Source: an uncultured Candidatus Berkelbacteria bacterium (GTDB lineage: Bacteria > Patescibacteriota > UBA1384 > UBA12157). Taken from it: a DNA stretch of 64,000 nt. Position numbers and translations under genes: made by a program. The stretch spans positions 3,342 to 67,341 of the forward strand of contig CAIRFN010000006.1 of NCBI GenBank assembly GCA_903877885.1, in the 5' to 3' direction. Of the stretch, positions 28,718-39,293 are shown piece after piece. Below the pieces are notes generated by a model. The model worked only from the letters and a program-made list of their open reading frames with translations, was not told the DNA's origin and ran no database searches. Positions within the stretch are counted from its first letter, which is position 1. Each line of letters begins with the position of its first letter.

Positions 28718-30769
28718 TCAATATTTTACTTGATAAATTCTAGTTTGATTTTGGTCATAGATTTTTGAGAAATTTTCCGGATGTTTTACTAAATCAATTT
28801 CAAGAACATTGGTTTCTGGTGTAATAATAAACTGAATTTTATATTTTTTAATTAAATTTAATTTGTTCTCAAAGCTAATATTTGTAAAAATTGAATCGAT
28901 CTTTTTTTGATTGGTAGAACGTGGATAGGCAGCCATAAAATTGTCGGTCAAAAGCGGTAAAATATCGGTCGTGTAATCATTAGCTAATATCACTGATTTG
29001 GCTGGAATTTTTGAATTTACAAAATCAATCATATTTTGGCCACCGATAGAATCTAATTCTAATTTAGTATGATCGGCATCATATTTTTCAGGTTTTTGAG
29101 CTAAATCGATATAAGCTGGCGAAAAGAAAAAGAAAAGAATAACAGTAGCTAATAAAAAGATTATTAAATAATTTTTAAAATGATCTTTAATGAAATTATT
29201 GAAATTGATTTTCGTTTGCCAAAGACAAATGAGAGAAATAATCGCGATGATTATTATTAATAAAAACCAATAATAATTATTTAATAAATTTGTGAGATTT
29301 AAATTTACAAAAGTCTTGTTATATAAGTTTGAAATAAAATGAAACTTTTGTTCTAGAAATATTTCGATTAAGAAAACTAAACTCAAACCAATATTCAATA
29401 TTTTTTGCCATTTAATTTCAGTAATTATAGAATCTAAATAACTTAAAAATAAGGTTAAACAAACACCCCAAATCGCGAAATCCCAAGTGACGTAACTATC
29501 TAAACGTGATAAAAAAACTGACCCAAAAATATGCAAAAATAAAATTTGTATAAAACTTAAATTAAAAAAATAAATAATTGGCAAAACCAAAAACAAGCTA
29601 AAAATAAAAACTAGTCGTATGTTTTTTCGAATTAAGAAAATCAAAACAGGAAAAATCAAAAAAGTAATTTTACTAAATAAAAATAAATTATTAAACGTTG
29701 GCTGGCTGATTTCTTCCGATAATTCTTGGTTAAAGTTAAACAAATGCCAGTGCCAAAATATTAGAAAAAATACTAAAACAATAATAAAATAACTAGCTAA
29801 AATAGCTAGAGACTTTTTAAATAAAATTTTCAAATTCTCATTTTTGAAAGAAAAAATTCCAAAAGTTAAAACAAAAAAACTGTAAATTAGGCCAAAATAA
29901 ATAAATTGTAAACTATGAATAAGGCTGGTAAAAAAAAGTAGCAACCAAAAAATTGTTAATATTTTTTGATTATTTTGTTCAAAAATGTATTTTAAACTTA
30001 AGCCAAATAAAAGCGGTATTAAAATAAAAAGTCCAAGTGTATTTGGCACGGCTAGGCGTTCAAACAGATAACTATGATTAAAAAGTAAAATCGTAATTAG
30101 AAAAAAACTTAAACTAAGGGCGGATAGAGTTCTGTTTTGAAAAATTAAACTTAGTAGCCAGGCCCAAATAATGATAACAAAAATGCTTAAGGGAATAAGC
30201 GCGGCTTGCCAGATGATAAAAATATCAGTTTTGCAAATATGACTTATTAGCGCCAAAAAAATGTGCCAAAGCGGAAAACTGTAAACGGGATGAAAAATAT
30301 TTGTGCCAATAAAATTAAGATTCTTGATACTTAAAGCTTGGCCACTGACCGCCTTTTTCATAATCGCCAAATGGAAAAATGATTCTTCTTCGAAAATAGC
30401 GCCGTGACTTTGCGCTACGTAAATCGTAAAAATGGCTAAAATAATTGGCAAAATCCAAATAAAATTTTCTTTAAAAAAGTTAAAATTAATTTTCCATTCA
30501 AGATTAAATCGGTCCGGAATTTTAACTTTGCTAACTACAACCAAAACAAAAAATCCAATAAAATAAAAAATAACGAGTTCGCCAATATTTAAATTTGTTA
30601 AAAGCCCAATAGCCGTTAGAAACATATTCCAAATGAAACTCAAAATAAACCAAGAAATAATTTTTTCTAGTAAGTTGTTTTTAGACCAAAAATTAAAAAT
30701 TAGAGCCAAGAAAAAACCTGGCAAAAGCATTAAAATAAATAAAATTATCGCCGAGTAAAACATGACCAC
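28718..30769 (-). CDS. Large polytopic membrane protein (≥12 TM) with C-terminal extracytoplasmic domain; possibly a GT-C-type glycosyltransferase
   Basis: 683 aa, extremely hydrophobic N-terminal 540 aa, soluble C-terminal ~140 aa. The function is a guess from architecture only. Confidence 0.4.
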   Translation of the reverse strand: MVMFYSAIILFILMLLPGFFLALIFNFWSKNNLLEKIISWFILSFIWNMFLTAIGLLTNLNIGELVIFYFIGFFVLVVVSKVKIPDRFNLEWKINFNFFKENFIWILPIILAIFTIYVAQSHGAIFEEESFFHLAIMKKAVSGQALSIKNLNFIGTNIFHPVYSFPLWHIFLALISHICKTDIFIIWQAALIPLSIFVIIIWAWLLSLIFQNRTLSALSLSFFLITILLFNHSYLFERLAVPNTLGLFILIPLLFGLSLKYIFEQNNQKILTIFWLLLFFTSLIHSLQFIYFGLIYSFFVLTFGIFSFKNENLKILFKKSLAILASYFIIVLVFFLIFWHWHLFNFNQELSEEISQPTFNNLFLFSKITFLIFPVLIFLIRKNIRLVFIFSLFLVLPIIYFFNLSFIQILFLHIFGSVFLSRLDSYVTWDFAIWGVCLTLFLSYLDSIITEIKWQKILNIGLSLVFLIEIFLEQKFHFISNLYNKTFVNLNLTNLLNNYYWFLLIIIIAIISLICLWQTKINFNNFIKDHFKNYLIIFLLATVILFFFFSPAYIDLAQKPEKYDADHTKLELDSIGGQNMIDFVNSKIPAKSVILANDYTTDILPLLTDNFMAAYPRSTNQKKIDSIFTNISFENKLNLIKKYKIQFIITPETNVLEIDLVKHPENFSKIYDQNQTRIYQVKY

Positions 30770-30871
30770 ATCATATAGATTCTAACGTTCGTCCGCAAGG
30801 CGTTTGACAAGCTGAAAAATAGTTGAGATGATAATTAAAAGATTAATTTAACGAACTAAAAAGGAGACGGG

Positions 30872-32008
30872 GTGACTAAAAGATTAAAGATTCTACTATC
30901 GATCTGGGTGGTTGTCATGATGGTATCAGCCGGCGGGCTTTTTATGTATCAAAAACAATTAAGGAGTTCGGCCGATACGTTATCACCGTTTAGTTCTTTA
31001 AGTCATCATCATGGAACACCGAAGCCACGTCCATCAAGTCCTTATATTGGTCTAAATCATAATCACAAAAACTTTTTAATAGTAACAACTAATCCAGCTT
31101 CTAGTGTGAGTACAACTAGTGCTACACTAAATGGATCAGTTAATAAGCAAGCGGCAAATCGAGGTTTTGTGCTTTACACTGGTTCAACTTGTGTCACTGG
31201 TCCGCATTATTTTGATTCTGCAATTGGCGGTATCGGAAACTTCTCTCAAACGTTAAAAACAACAAGTTCTTTTACTTTGCAACCGAACACAGCCTATTCA
31301 TATAAGGCCTATGCTAGTGCTGTATCTGGCGGTTTGAGCCTTTATGGTAACTGTGTCCCATTTACAACTACATCTACAAATCCGGTTATTGCCACTTATA
31401 CCATTACGTCATCAGCAACTTCACTATCAGCGAATTATACTGGTACGATTACGCCTTTAGGTAACACCACTGTTCAATTAGGTAAAAGTCAACAATATAT
31501 AATTAAGTCAAATGCAGGCTCAAACCAATTTGATGTTTTAGTTGATGGTAAATCTATTGGTGCGGCGCAGCTTTACACCTTTACCAATGTAACTACTAAT
31601 CATACGATTGTAGTAAATTTTGGGCCAATTCCGGTCGTACCAACTCCAACTCCAAAACCAACACCGACAGTACCTAAACCAACTCCAACTCCTACACCTA
31701 CACCAACAATTATTCCACAAGCTATGGCCAGTGGTATAGTCACTTATTCTAGCGCAGCTTCATCTGGTGCAATCGTAACGATCGCGAAAACCGGTATTGT
31801 TACTATTTTGAAAACTTTGACTACAGATACCAAGGGTATCTACCAAGTCACCGGCTTAGCGGCGGGTAACTATTCAGCTACAGCTAAACAGCATATCTGC
31901 ACAAAGTATTTCTTCTTTATTAATATTTGTCGCGATTATACTGGTACAGCCAATTTCACTTTAACGGCTGGCAAAAATACGGTTATTCCAAATATTGTCT
32001 TAAAATAA
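30872..32008 (+). CDS. Secreted/cell-surface protein with Pro-Thr-rich linker
   Basis: N-terminal TM/signal; low-complexity PTPTPKPTPTVPKPTPTPTPTPT linker; Thr/Ser-rich beta-type domains. Confidence 0.5.
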   Translation: MTKRLKILLSIWVVVMMVSAGGLFMYQKQLRSSADTLSPFSSLSHHHGTPKPRPSSPYIGLNHNHKNFLIVTTNPASSVSTTSATLNGSVNKQAANRGFVLYTGSTCVTGPHYFDSAIGGIGNFSQTLKTTSSFTLQPNTAYSYKAYASAVSGGLSLYGNCVPFTTTSTNPVIATYTITSSATSLSANYTGTITPLGNTTVQLGKSQQYIIKSNAGSNQFDVLVDGKSIGAAQLYTFTNVTTNHTIVVNFGPIPVVPTPTPKPTPTVPKPTPTPTPTPTIIPQAMASGIVTYSSAASSGAIVTIAKTGIVTILKTLTTDTKGIYQVTGLAAGNYSATAKQHICTKYFFFINICRDYTGTANFTLTAGKNTVIPNIVLK

Positions 32009-32053
32009 ATTAAAGATAATATATTAAAAAAGACCCAATAATATGGGTCTTTT

Positions 32054-33301
32054 TTAATTAGCGCAAGATTTTCCGGCTAAATATCCGGAGCTCCAGGCCC
32101 ATTGTAAATTAAAACCACCAGAGTCGCCGTCGACATCCAAAATCTCGCCAGCGAAATAAAGGCCGGGCACAATTTTTGATTCCAGAGTTTTAACATCAAC
32201 TTCATCTAAATTAACACCGCCGTGGGTAACTTGCGCTTCTTTAAATGGTCGAACGCCAGAGATTGTTAATTCGATGTTTTTTAAAATTTTACTGATATTT
32301 ATGCGATCAACTTTGGAAACTTCGGCCGCTTTTTTGTCAGGATTAATTTTTAAGATTGATAAAATAATTGGCGCTAAATTTGAAGGGATTAAGCCAGCTA
32401 AAACATTTTTAATTTGTTTGGCGCCATTTGAAGAAATAATCGAAATAATTTTTTCATCTAATTTTTTAAGTTCCATTTCCGGAAATAAATCTAAACTGAT
32501 TTTAACATCTGATTTACCTAAAAACGGTCCAATAAAACCAGCTTGAGCCATAGCTGCTGGGCCAGAAAGTCCAAAGTGGGTGAATAACGAATCACCATAT
32601 TTTTCGTGAATTTTTTCATTATTAACTATTGTTTTAACATTAGCTTCAACTTTTAAACCTTGAACATCTTTAATCCAAGTTTCTTTTATTTCGATGGGCG
32701 ATAGAGCAGGGTAGAGGTCGGCTATTGTGTGCCCCATTTTGGTGAGCCAGAAATACGCATCCCCCGAAGTTCCTAAGTGTTCAGCGGATTTGCCGCCAGT
32801 GGTTAAAATTAATTTATGCGTAATTATTTCTCGACTATCTTGTAGAACTATTTTAAACGCTTCCCCTACTTTTTCGATTTTTCGAACTTGATTACCAAGA
32901 ACTATATCAATATTTTGATTTTCAATTTCGCCGATTAGAGCATCAACCACGCTACTGGCCTGATCACTTCGTGGAAAAATTCGGCCCAAATTTTCTTCCT
33001 TCAAAATTAGTCCCAGATTTTCAAAAAAATTCATTGTGGTAAACTGATCAAAATTTTTCAAAACCGACTCAATGAATTGAGAATTTCCACCGTGATAGCG
33101 GCTAACATCAGCGAATTTATTAGTCAAATTACAGCGACCGTTACCGGTCGCAAGGACTTTTCGACCTAGTTGAGGATTTTTTTCAATCAAAATCACACTA
33201 GCTTTATTTTTACTAGCTGTGATTGCGGCCATCATACCAGAGGCACCGCCGCCAACAATGGCAATGTCATATATTTTTTGATTTAATTTACTCATATCCA
33301 A
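32054..33301 (-). CDS. HI0933/BaiN-family FAD-dependent oxidoreductase
   Basis: YDIAIVGGGASGMMAAITASK dinucleotide-binding motif and ...GRCNLTN, characteristic of the HI0933-like family; 415 aa. Confidence 0.8.
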   Translation of the reverse strand: MDMSKLNQKIYDIAIVGGGASGMMAAITASKNKASVILIEKNPQLGRKVLATGNGRCNLTNKFADVSRYHGGNSQFIESVLKNFDQFTTMNFFENLGLILKEENLGRIFPRSDQASSVVDALIGEIENQNIDIVLGNQVRKIEKVGEAFKIVLQDSREIITHKLILTTGGKSAEHLGTSGDAYFWLTKMGHTIADLYPALSPIEIKETWIKDVQGLKVEANVKTIVNNEKIHEKYGDSLFTHFGLSGPAAMAQAGFIGPFLGKSDVKISLDLFPEMELKKLDEKIISIISSNGAKQIKNVLAGLIPSNLAPIILSILKINPDKKAAEVSKVDRINISKILKNIELTISGVRPFKEAQVTHGGVNLDEVDVKTLESKIVPGLYFAGEILDVDGDSGGFNLQWAWSSGYLAGKSCAN

Positions 33302-33489
33302 AATATTATAGCATAAAAATTCGGTTTTGTCGACCCTAAAAAGCTAAAAAACCTCACCTCCACTTCCGCCTTTAGGCATGCAGTGGCGGTGGTCGAAAAT
33401 TCATCTCAGTCTTTACAATCAAATTTGATAGTGGTATTTTAACAAAGGGAGCTCTACGACAATTATGTCCGAAATAGCTCTCTTTTTGT

Positions 33490-33954
33490 GTGATTAGAAT
33501 TCAAGGGGGAAGCATGAGCAATGCAACTCTGGTTCACAAGAATTGGCCAACATTCCCAATCATCAGACTGGACATCACTAGTCCAGAAATTGGCAAGCAT
33601 TTGGCAGACTACATCAGACAGATGTTCAAGGTTTGCTTCAAAAACGGAATTGATGTTGATAGCCTTTGTCTAAACGGTGGCTATCTGATAGTTGGCCACA
33701 AGCCAGGATTTGGTACATCAAAACTGGCACCAACTAGTGAATCCCACTGGCAATTTGTGATTGCGATCGATCCATTGCTTACTGGCTCGGAGCGAACAAG
33801 AGCTATTCTTGGAGCAATCGCTGACAGTTTTTTCTACGATCGCAGTTTGCGCTTACCAAGGTCTTTTGTTGATGACAATGAAGTCTCGACTCATCCGAGA
33901 GCGATAAGAATTCGAAACGCCTTTGTCGAATCGATCATGTCGTACTCTGACTAA
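33490..33954 (+). CDS. Hypothetical protein (GC richer than its surroundings)
   Basis: 154 aa ORF followed by a strong terminator; no recognisable motif. Confidence 0.35.
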   Translation: MIRIQGGSMSNATLVHKNWPTFPIIRLDITSPEIGKHLADYIRQMFKVCFKNGIDVDSLCLNGGYLIVGHKPGFGTSKLAPTSESHWQFVIAIDPLLTGSERTRAILGAIADSFFYDRSLRLPRSFVDDNEVSTHPRAIRIRNAFVESIMSYSD

Positions 33955-33962
33955 ATTACTTT

Positions 33963-33991
33963 CTCCTCCAGGGTAACTTGGAGGTTTTTTT
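33963..33991 (+). terminator. Rho-independent terminator (CCTCCAGGGTAACTTGGAGG + T7)
   Basis: Hairpin plus T-run; the stem sequence resembles the REP core CCTCCAGGG. Confidence 0.55.
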
Positions 33992-34035
33992 GTTGATTTT
34001 TTTAGGAATTTAAGGTATGATGGAGATACAAGTGT

Positions 34036-34122
34036 GCCCAGGTGGCGGAATTGGTATACGCTTAGCCTTGAGGTGGCTATGGGAGCAATCCCGTGCAGGT
34101 TCAAGTCCTGTCCTGGGCACCA
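34036..34122 (+). tRNA. tRNA-Leu(GAG), type II, CCA encoded
   Basis: GCCCAGG...TAGCC-TTGAGGT-GGCTA, long variable arm, GCAGG-TTCAAGT-CCTGT, CCTGGGC-A-CCA. Confidence 0.8.
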
Positions 34123-35633
34123 AATGAGACAGGTTCGCTGTTTAAGACCAATATTGAGGTATAAACAGGGCTAATTTCGGTGTTTAATAAGCGTTTTTCA
34201 TTATATCGCAATCCGGTGGGGTATATTGAACACAAGAGCGCCCGCTTCTGTTCCAGGTTTGATTTTTGATATGTTTCCACTAAATTCGCTAATTTCGTTT
34301 CGATAAATTTTATAATGAGCTCCAAGCTGTATTTGCGTAGCAAGTCGTCATTTTTGGTAATCTGAATGTCTCTCACCTTTTCTTCGACGATTTTGTTTTG
34401 TTCTTTAAACATTTCATCGGAATAAACACCCGATAAATTCTTTTCGATCAACGCCTGCCGAAATTCATACAGTTTTTTCAGTTCATCGTCCGCCTGAGCT
34501 CTTCTTTTAACCAATTCCGAGGCCCGACTGTAGTATTTTGTCCGAAGATAGGAAATAAATAATTCGATAGTTTTCTTTTTCGGAGCCACTTTGCCCAACT
34601 CTTCAATCGTTGCTTCCTCCAACAATCCTGCGGCCACATTTGAGCCGCTACAACGATGGGAACAGAAATAATGGGCGTAATGCTTCCTTTTCCCTTTACA
34701 CCAACCGCCGGTCATTGAGGCGCCACACTTGCCGCATTTTATAATTCGTCTTAATGGAAAATCGGGATTGTCTGGATTTCTTCTGGCCAGCGGCGCCGAT
34801 ATATTGACGTTTCTGCCATCCAGGACGGCCTGCACCCGATAAAATTGTTCCTCGGTTACCATCGGCGGGTGCTGACCTTGAGTTTCCAGTCCATGCTTTT
34901 TGGAGACGATTTTACCGATATAAAATTTATTGCGGAAAATTCTACTCAACTCTTGTGGGTATATTTTTCCGCCTTTACCGCTTGTAATGCCTTTTTCGTT
35001 GAGAATTACGGCCAGCTGCCGCAAAGTTTTGGTACCGGTAGCCGTTTGAGCCCAAGTTTCTTGCCAAATATCCCAAGTTTTGGAGTCTTTAATGGCATAA
35101 CCGCTTTGAGATATATAGCCAGGAGGTACGCAGCCGTTACTTGGGAGACCTGCCCAAAACCTGGCACGCATACCGTTTTTAGTTCGTTCGCTTCGGACAT
35201 CATTATCCATTTGAGCAAAACCGGCCAGCATCGTTTCGACGAATTTTTCCGTCGGGCTGTTGCCGGTCGGCTCGGTCACGGAAAGCAGTTTAATTTCCGA
35301 TTCCATCAACTTTTTCCTGATAGCCAAATAGTCCGCCGTTTGGCGCGAAATTCGGTCTAATCGGTAAACAATCACCGCGTCGACCTCTTTCCGATGTTTT
35401 CGACAATACTCTAACATCTCAATTAATACTGGTCGACCGGTAATCGTTTTGGCGGATCGTCCCTCTTCACGAAAAACCTGTAAAATTTCGATTTCCCGGC
35501 GTTCCGCTTCCTTGCGGCAAATGTCCTCCTGTGTTTCCAGCGAATAATTGCCGACTTGTTCTTCGGTTGAGACCCGAAGATAAACCACCGCCTTGGATGG
35601 TTGTTGGGTTTTACCGGCTGTAAAATGCTCCAT
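34101..35633 (-). CDS. Large serine recombinase (resolvase catalytic domain + recombinase domain + zinc ribbon); candidate integrase of an integrated element
   Basis: N-terminus AVVYLRVSTEEQ (catalytic Ser), ...DAVIVYRLDRISR; C-terminal Cys cluster CGKCGASMTGGWCKG...HYFCSHRC. The 3' end overlaps the tRNA-Leu(GAG) 3' end by ~22 nt. Confidence 0.85.
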   Translation of the reverse strand: MEHFTAGKTQQPSKAVVYLRVSTEEQVGNYSLETQEDICRKEAERREIEILQVFREEGRSAKTITGRPVLIEMLEYCRKHRKEVDAVIVYRLDRISRQTADYLAIRKKLMESEIKLLSVTEPTGNSPTEKFVETMLAGFAQMDNDVRSERTKNGMRARFWAGLPSNGCVPPGYISQSGYAIKDSKTWDIWQETWAQTATGTKTLRQLAVILNEKGITSGKGGKIYPQELSRIFRNKFYIGKIVSKKHGLETQGQHPPMVTEEQFYRVQAVLDGRNVNISAPLARRNPDNPDFPLRRIIKCGKCGASMTGGWCKGKRKHYAHYFCSHRCSGSNVAAGLLEEATIEELGKVAPKKKTIELFISYLRTKYYSRASELVKRRAQADDELKKLYEFRQALIEKNLSGVYSDEMFKEQNKIVEEKVRDIQITKNDDLLRKYSLELIIKFIETKLANLVETYQKSNLEQKRALLCSIYPTGLRYNEKRLLNTEISPVYTSILVLNSEPVSFGAQDRT

Positions 35634-36108
35634 TTTGTCCCTCCTTTGTTAATTGCTTTAATGTTTTGCCATCAAAAACTTGTTTTTCGTACTCGTCAAG
35701 CCAAGAATCTAAAAGAAATTGAAACTCGGCGATATAGACTCCCAATTCTTCATCAGGAACTCCAGCCACTTCTTCCCCAAGAATCTTTCTGGCTTTTTGA
35801 AGCTTGGTCTCTTCTTTCTTGTCTAAAAATATGGTGTTAAGCGTCTCTTCATCAATGTTTCTTCTGTCGTTAGTAAAATCCATCATTACAGCGGGGCTTT
35901 TTATGGAAGGTGGAACGGTAGGGCGGTTAATTATTGGGATATCCAATAAGGCTGTGCTGCCGGTATTTTGTTCAATTGATTTTAATTGAGATAACTGCAA
36001 TTTAACCTCCAAAGTATCGCTATATTTATATAATACTATCGTAATAGCGATACTGTCAAGAGGGTGAATTGAACCTGTAATAAGTGCGAGAAGTGGCTTT
36101 GAGATCAA
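35611..36108 (-). CDS. Hypothetical protein upstream of the recombinase (possible excisionase/RDF position)
   Basis: 165 aa ORF overlapping the recombinase start; function not recognisable. Confidence 0.3.
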   Translation of the reverse strand: MISKPLLALITGSIHPLDSIAITIVLYKYSDTLEVKLQLSQLKSIEQNTGSTALLDIPIINRPTVPPSIKSPAVMMDFTNDRRNIDEETLNTIFLDKKEETKLQKARKILGEEVAGVPDEELGVYIAEFQFLLDSWLDEYEKQVFDGKTLKQLTKEGQNGAFYSR

Positions 36109-36249
36109 AATATTATAAGTTATCCACAGGACTTTTTGTGGTCATAATAAGCAAGCAAAAAATTGACAATTTATGAGATCATCTGTTAGTATGCAGGTGA
36201 ATTAACAAGCGATAATTTCTAAAGTAAAACGGAGGGGAAGGAGTATGTT

Positions 36250-39129
36250 TTGGACATATTTTCCTACCTCGAACAAAACGATCAGATCAAAAACTATCAG
36301 CCGACACCTCAAGACGGCAAATTCGTGGCCGATCTGTTTAACGCCTTTCACCACCACCTGCCACTCGATTTTCTTCAAAAGTCATTCGTGATCTCTATTT
36401 TATTTCCGGGAACCGTTTCGTCAAAATTAGCCTTTTTCTCATATTTATCATCTCTATCGTCGCTCTCATTCGCGCCGATTTTTGTAATTATCGGTATTAT
36501 CGCTCTCTTATTTATCCTTTACCTGATATTCAAATTGTTCGGCCACAAACTGATTAAAAAAGAACCTCTTGCTTATTTGATGCTCACGTTTCCATCCAAT
36601 ACTGAAAAGTCCGCCTACGCGACAGAGCAGCTCTTTTCGCTCTTTCACGCTTTAGCCGGACAGCGTTCCTTTTTTCAAAGAATTTTAAGATCAAAAACAG
36701 AGTATTCTTTGGAAATCGTGTCGAGCCGAGAATTGGGAATAAGATATGTTATGAGTGCGCCCGCTTCCGATGCCGAAATCATCGCAAAAAGCCTTATCTC
36801 TTTTCTACCAGGTCTCTCAATCGAGGAAATTGAAGATTATCTGCCGGACAATTTTGTCTCCGATTCTTTTAAAGAAAAACAAAAAGCGGGTATCGGTATC
36901 ACCGAACTGAAATTAAAAAACGATTTCGCACTGGCCTTGGAAAAAAACAAGGTGTTGGCTGAACACGACACGATCGCCTATTTAGCCGGCAATATGACCA
37001 AACTCGCATCTGGCGAAGAGATGGTTTTTCAAATCGTCTTGACGCCCATAACCGATTCCGCCCACGGTAAAATTATGAAGCGCGTCTTAGAAATCGAAAA
37101 TAAAATTTATACCAATCAACCGCTATCGGGGGAACTGCACAAAAGTGCAATCGAGGCATCTTTATCGTGGCCGGCGGCTGTCTTCGAATGGCTCGGTGGT
37201 CTTGTCGGAGCTTTTGCCAGAACCGTTTCGGACGTGATTGGGCATTTTTTAGGTGGCTCGCAGGAATATCATGATCCGGTTTCGCAACGGTCAACTCTTT
37301 TAGCCGCCCAGCGTCAGGAGATTATTAACCCTTACGAACAGGAACTGCAAATAAGGGTTAAGGAAAAACTGGGTCAGCCGATGTTTGAAACCTCGCTTCG
37401 CCTATATGTTCGCGTCAAAAACAAGCGAGAATACGGTTTAAGAGTTTCAGGCTTTCTGGCCTCGCTCGGACAGCTTTCAGGTCGTCATCAATCATTGGTC
37501 GTCAAATCTCCGGGGTGGTTTACTTCGGTCAAGTCTGTACTCTCGGCGTTCCAGGGCCGAGAATTGTCTTCGGCCCACAATCCGATTCTTTCGGCCTCGG
37601 AACTGGCCGATCTCTATCATTTCCCATATGCAGGCACGACCAAAACCGAGGATCTTGTTAAAAGCAAAAATAATCCGCTGCCGGCGCCGTTATCGTTTAA
37701 ACAGGCTTCGACCGAGTTTGATAATGTCTTTGCTAAAAACCTTTACGGAGGCTCCGAAACTTTAATCGGACAAACCCTGGAAGAACGCCGGCGCCACACC
37801 TATATTTTAGGGGCGACGGGTTCGGGTAAAACAACCTTGTTGTCGACCATGATTTACAACGATATTGCCAATGGCAAGGGGGTAGCCGTAGTCGATCCGC
37901 ACGGACAACTGGTGGAGAATCTTTTACGGGTAATTCCCGAAGAACGCATCAAAGACGTGGTATGGTTCGCGCCCGACGACGACGGATATCCCGTCGCCTT
38001 AAACTTGTTGGAACTCGAATATGATAACACTCTTACTTCGAGTCAGCTTGAAAAACGAAAGTCTCTGGTGGTAAGCAGTATCGTCTCCATTATTAAAAAG
38101 TTTTATCCCGTAAATTCGTTCGGCCCGAGAATGGAATATGTTTTAAAAAACGCGATTCTAACCGCTCTGGAAACGCCTGAGCCGACACTGCAAACGGTTC
38201 TCGACATTTTAACCAAAGAGGCTTATCGCAAGGAGGTGATGAAAACTTTGGAAAACGAAACTTTAAAAGACTACTGGACTTACGAATTCGCCAAATACGG
38301 CGACCTTCAAAGAAACACTGTCGTCTCTCCGATTACCAACAAAATCGGCGGACTCTTAAGCTCGCCGATTAATCGCAACATCCTGCTTCAAAAGAAAAGC
38401 AAGTTGGATTTTGACGAGGTTTTGAATTCTGGTAAAATTCTGCTCTGTGATTTAAGCAAAGGTAAAATCGGCGAAGACGAATCAAGCTTTTTCGGCTCGC
38501 TGGTCATTGCCAAAATCCAGTTGGCGGCGCTCTCCAGGGCCAGGATTCCGGAAGAAAAACGAAAAGATTTTTACCTCTATGTCGACGAGTTTCAAAACTT
38601 CGCGACTAAAAGTTTCGGCGAATTGGTCTCGGAAGCCAGGAAATACCGGCTTTCAACGATTTTGGCGCATCAGTCGATTTCGCAGATCGAAGACCAAAAT
38701 ATCGTCAAAACGATCCTAGCCAACGTCGGCACGGTCATTTGTTTTAGAACGGCCAATCCCGAAGACGAGCAATTCATTCTGCCGATCTTTTCGCCCGAAG
38801 TTTCCAAACACGAAATCGGAAACTTGCCGCTTTACAACTTTTACCTGAAAATATCGGTGGGCAAACCCCAAGACGCTTTCCTAGCACAGGCAGATGATTT
38901 TACAATTGAAAGTAACGAGAAAACCGCCGAAGACACGATCAACCGTTCTCGCAAACAATACGCCGTGCCAGTCGAGACATTAAAGAAACCGCGGGCGGTG
39001 AAAACGGAGAATGAAGAAATCAAAAAAGTTAAGACTAAAGCTATCGCAAAAAAACCGATCAAACAGCCGGAAACCGAACCCGAATTAGAGCCGAAAACGG
39101 AGTCCGAAAACGGGAAAATTTGGTGGTAG
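36250..39129 (+). CDS. Membrane-anchored FtsK/HerA/TraG-VirD4-like P-loop ATPase (candidate DNA-translocation or coupling protein)
   Basis: 959 aa; N-terminal TM helices, Walker A ILGATGSGKTTLL, Walker B-like FYLYVDEFQNFA, Lys/Glu-rich C-terminal tail. Confidence 0.55.
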   Translation: MDIFSYLEQNDQIKNYQPTPQDGKFVADLFNAFHHHLPLDFLQKSFVISILFPGTVSSKLAFFSYLSSLSSLSFAPIFVIIGIIALLFILYLIFKLFGHKLIKKEPLAYLMLTFPSNTEKSAYATEQLFSLFHALAGQRSFFQRILRSKTEYSLEIVSSRELGIRYVMSAPASDAEIIAKSLISFLPGLSIEEIEDYLPDNFVSDSFKEKQKAGIGITELKLKNDFALALEKNKVLAEHDTIAYLAGNMTKLASGEEMVFQIVLTPITDSAHGKIMKRVLEIENKIYTNQPLSGELHKSAIEASLSWPAAVFEWLGGLVGAFARTVSDVIGHFLGGSQEYHDPVSQRSTLLAAQRQEIINPYEQELQIRVKEKLGQPMFETSLRLYVRVKNKREYGLRVSGFLASLGQLSGRHQSLVVKSPGWFTSVKSVLSAFQGRELSSAHNPILSASELADLYHFPYAGTTKTEDLVKSKNNPLPAPLSFKQASTEFDNVFAKNLYGGSETLIGQTLEERRRHTYILGATGSGKTTLLSTMIYNDIANGKGVAVVDPHGQLVENLLRVIPEERIKDVVWFAPDDDGYPVALNLLELEYDNTLTSSQLEKRKSLVVSSIVSIIKKFYPVNSFGPRMEYVLKNAILTALETPEPTLQTVLDILTKEAYRKEVMKTLENETLKDYWTYEFAKYGDLQRNTVVSPITNKIGGLLSSPINRNILLQKKSKLDFDEVLNSGKILLCDLSKGKIGEDESSFFGSLVIAKIQLAALSRARIPEEKRKDFYLYVDEFQNFATKSFGELVSEARKYRLSTILAHQSISQIEDQNIVKTILANVGTVICFRTANPEDEQFILPIFSPEVSKHEIGNLPLYNFYLKISVGKPQDAFLAQADDFTIESNEKTAEDTINRSRKQYAVPVETLKKPRAVKTENEEIKKVKTKAIAKKPIKQPETEPELEPKTESENGKIWW

Positions 39130-39293
39130 GCGTTACCACCAACAAATGACGGGTTTTGAGATTAAAACAATGGAATGTTTTCGCATTAACCTTATACAAG
39201 GAGGAGTAGGTAGGGATTGGCATAAGTATAAGTAAAAAAACAAAAATACAAACAAACTGCAACACAACAACATCAATCAAATTAAAAACTCCA

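Noticed and set aside
34845-35360. Plus-strand 171-aa ORF and minus 70-aa ORF inside the serine recombinase gene
   Set aside because: Antisense or overlapping frames within a well-supported recombinase CDS.
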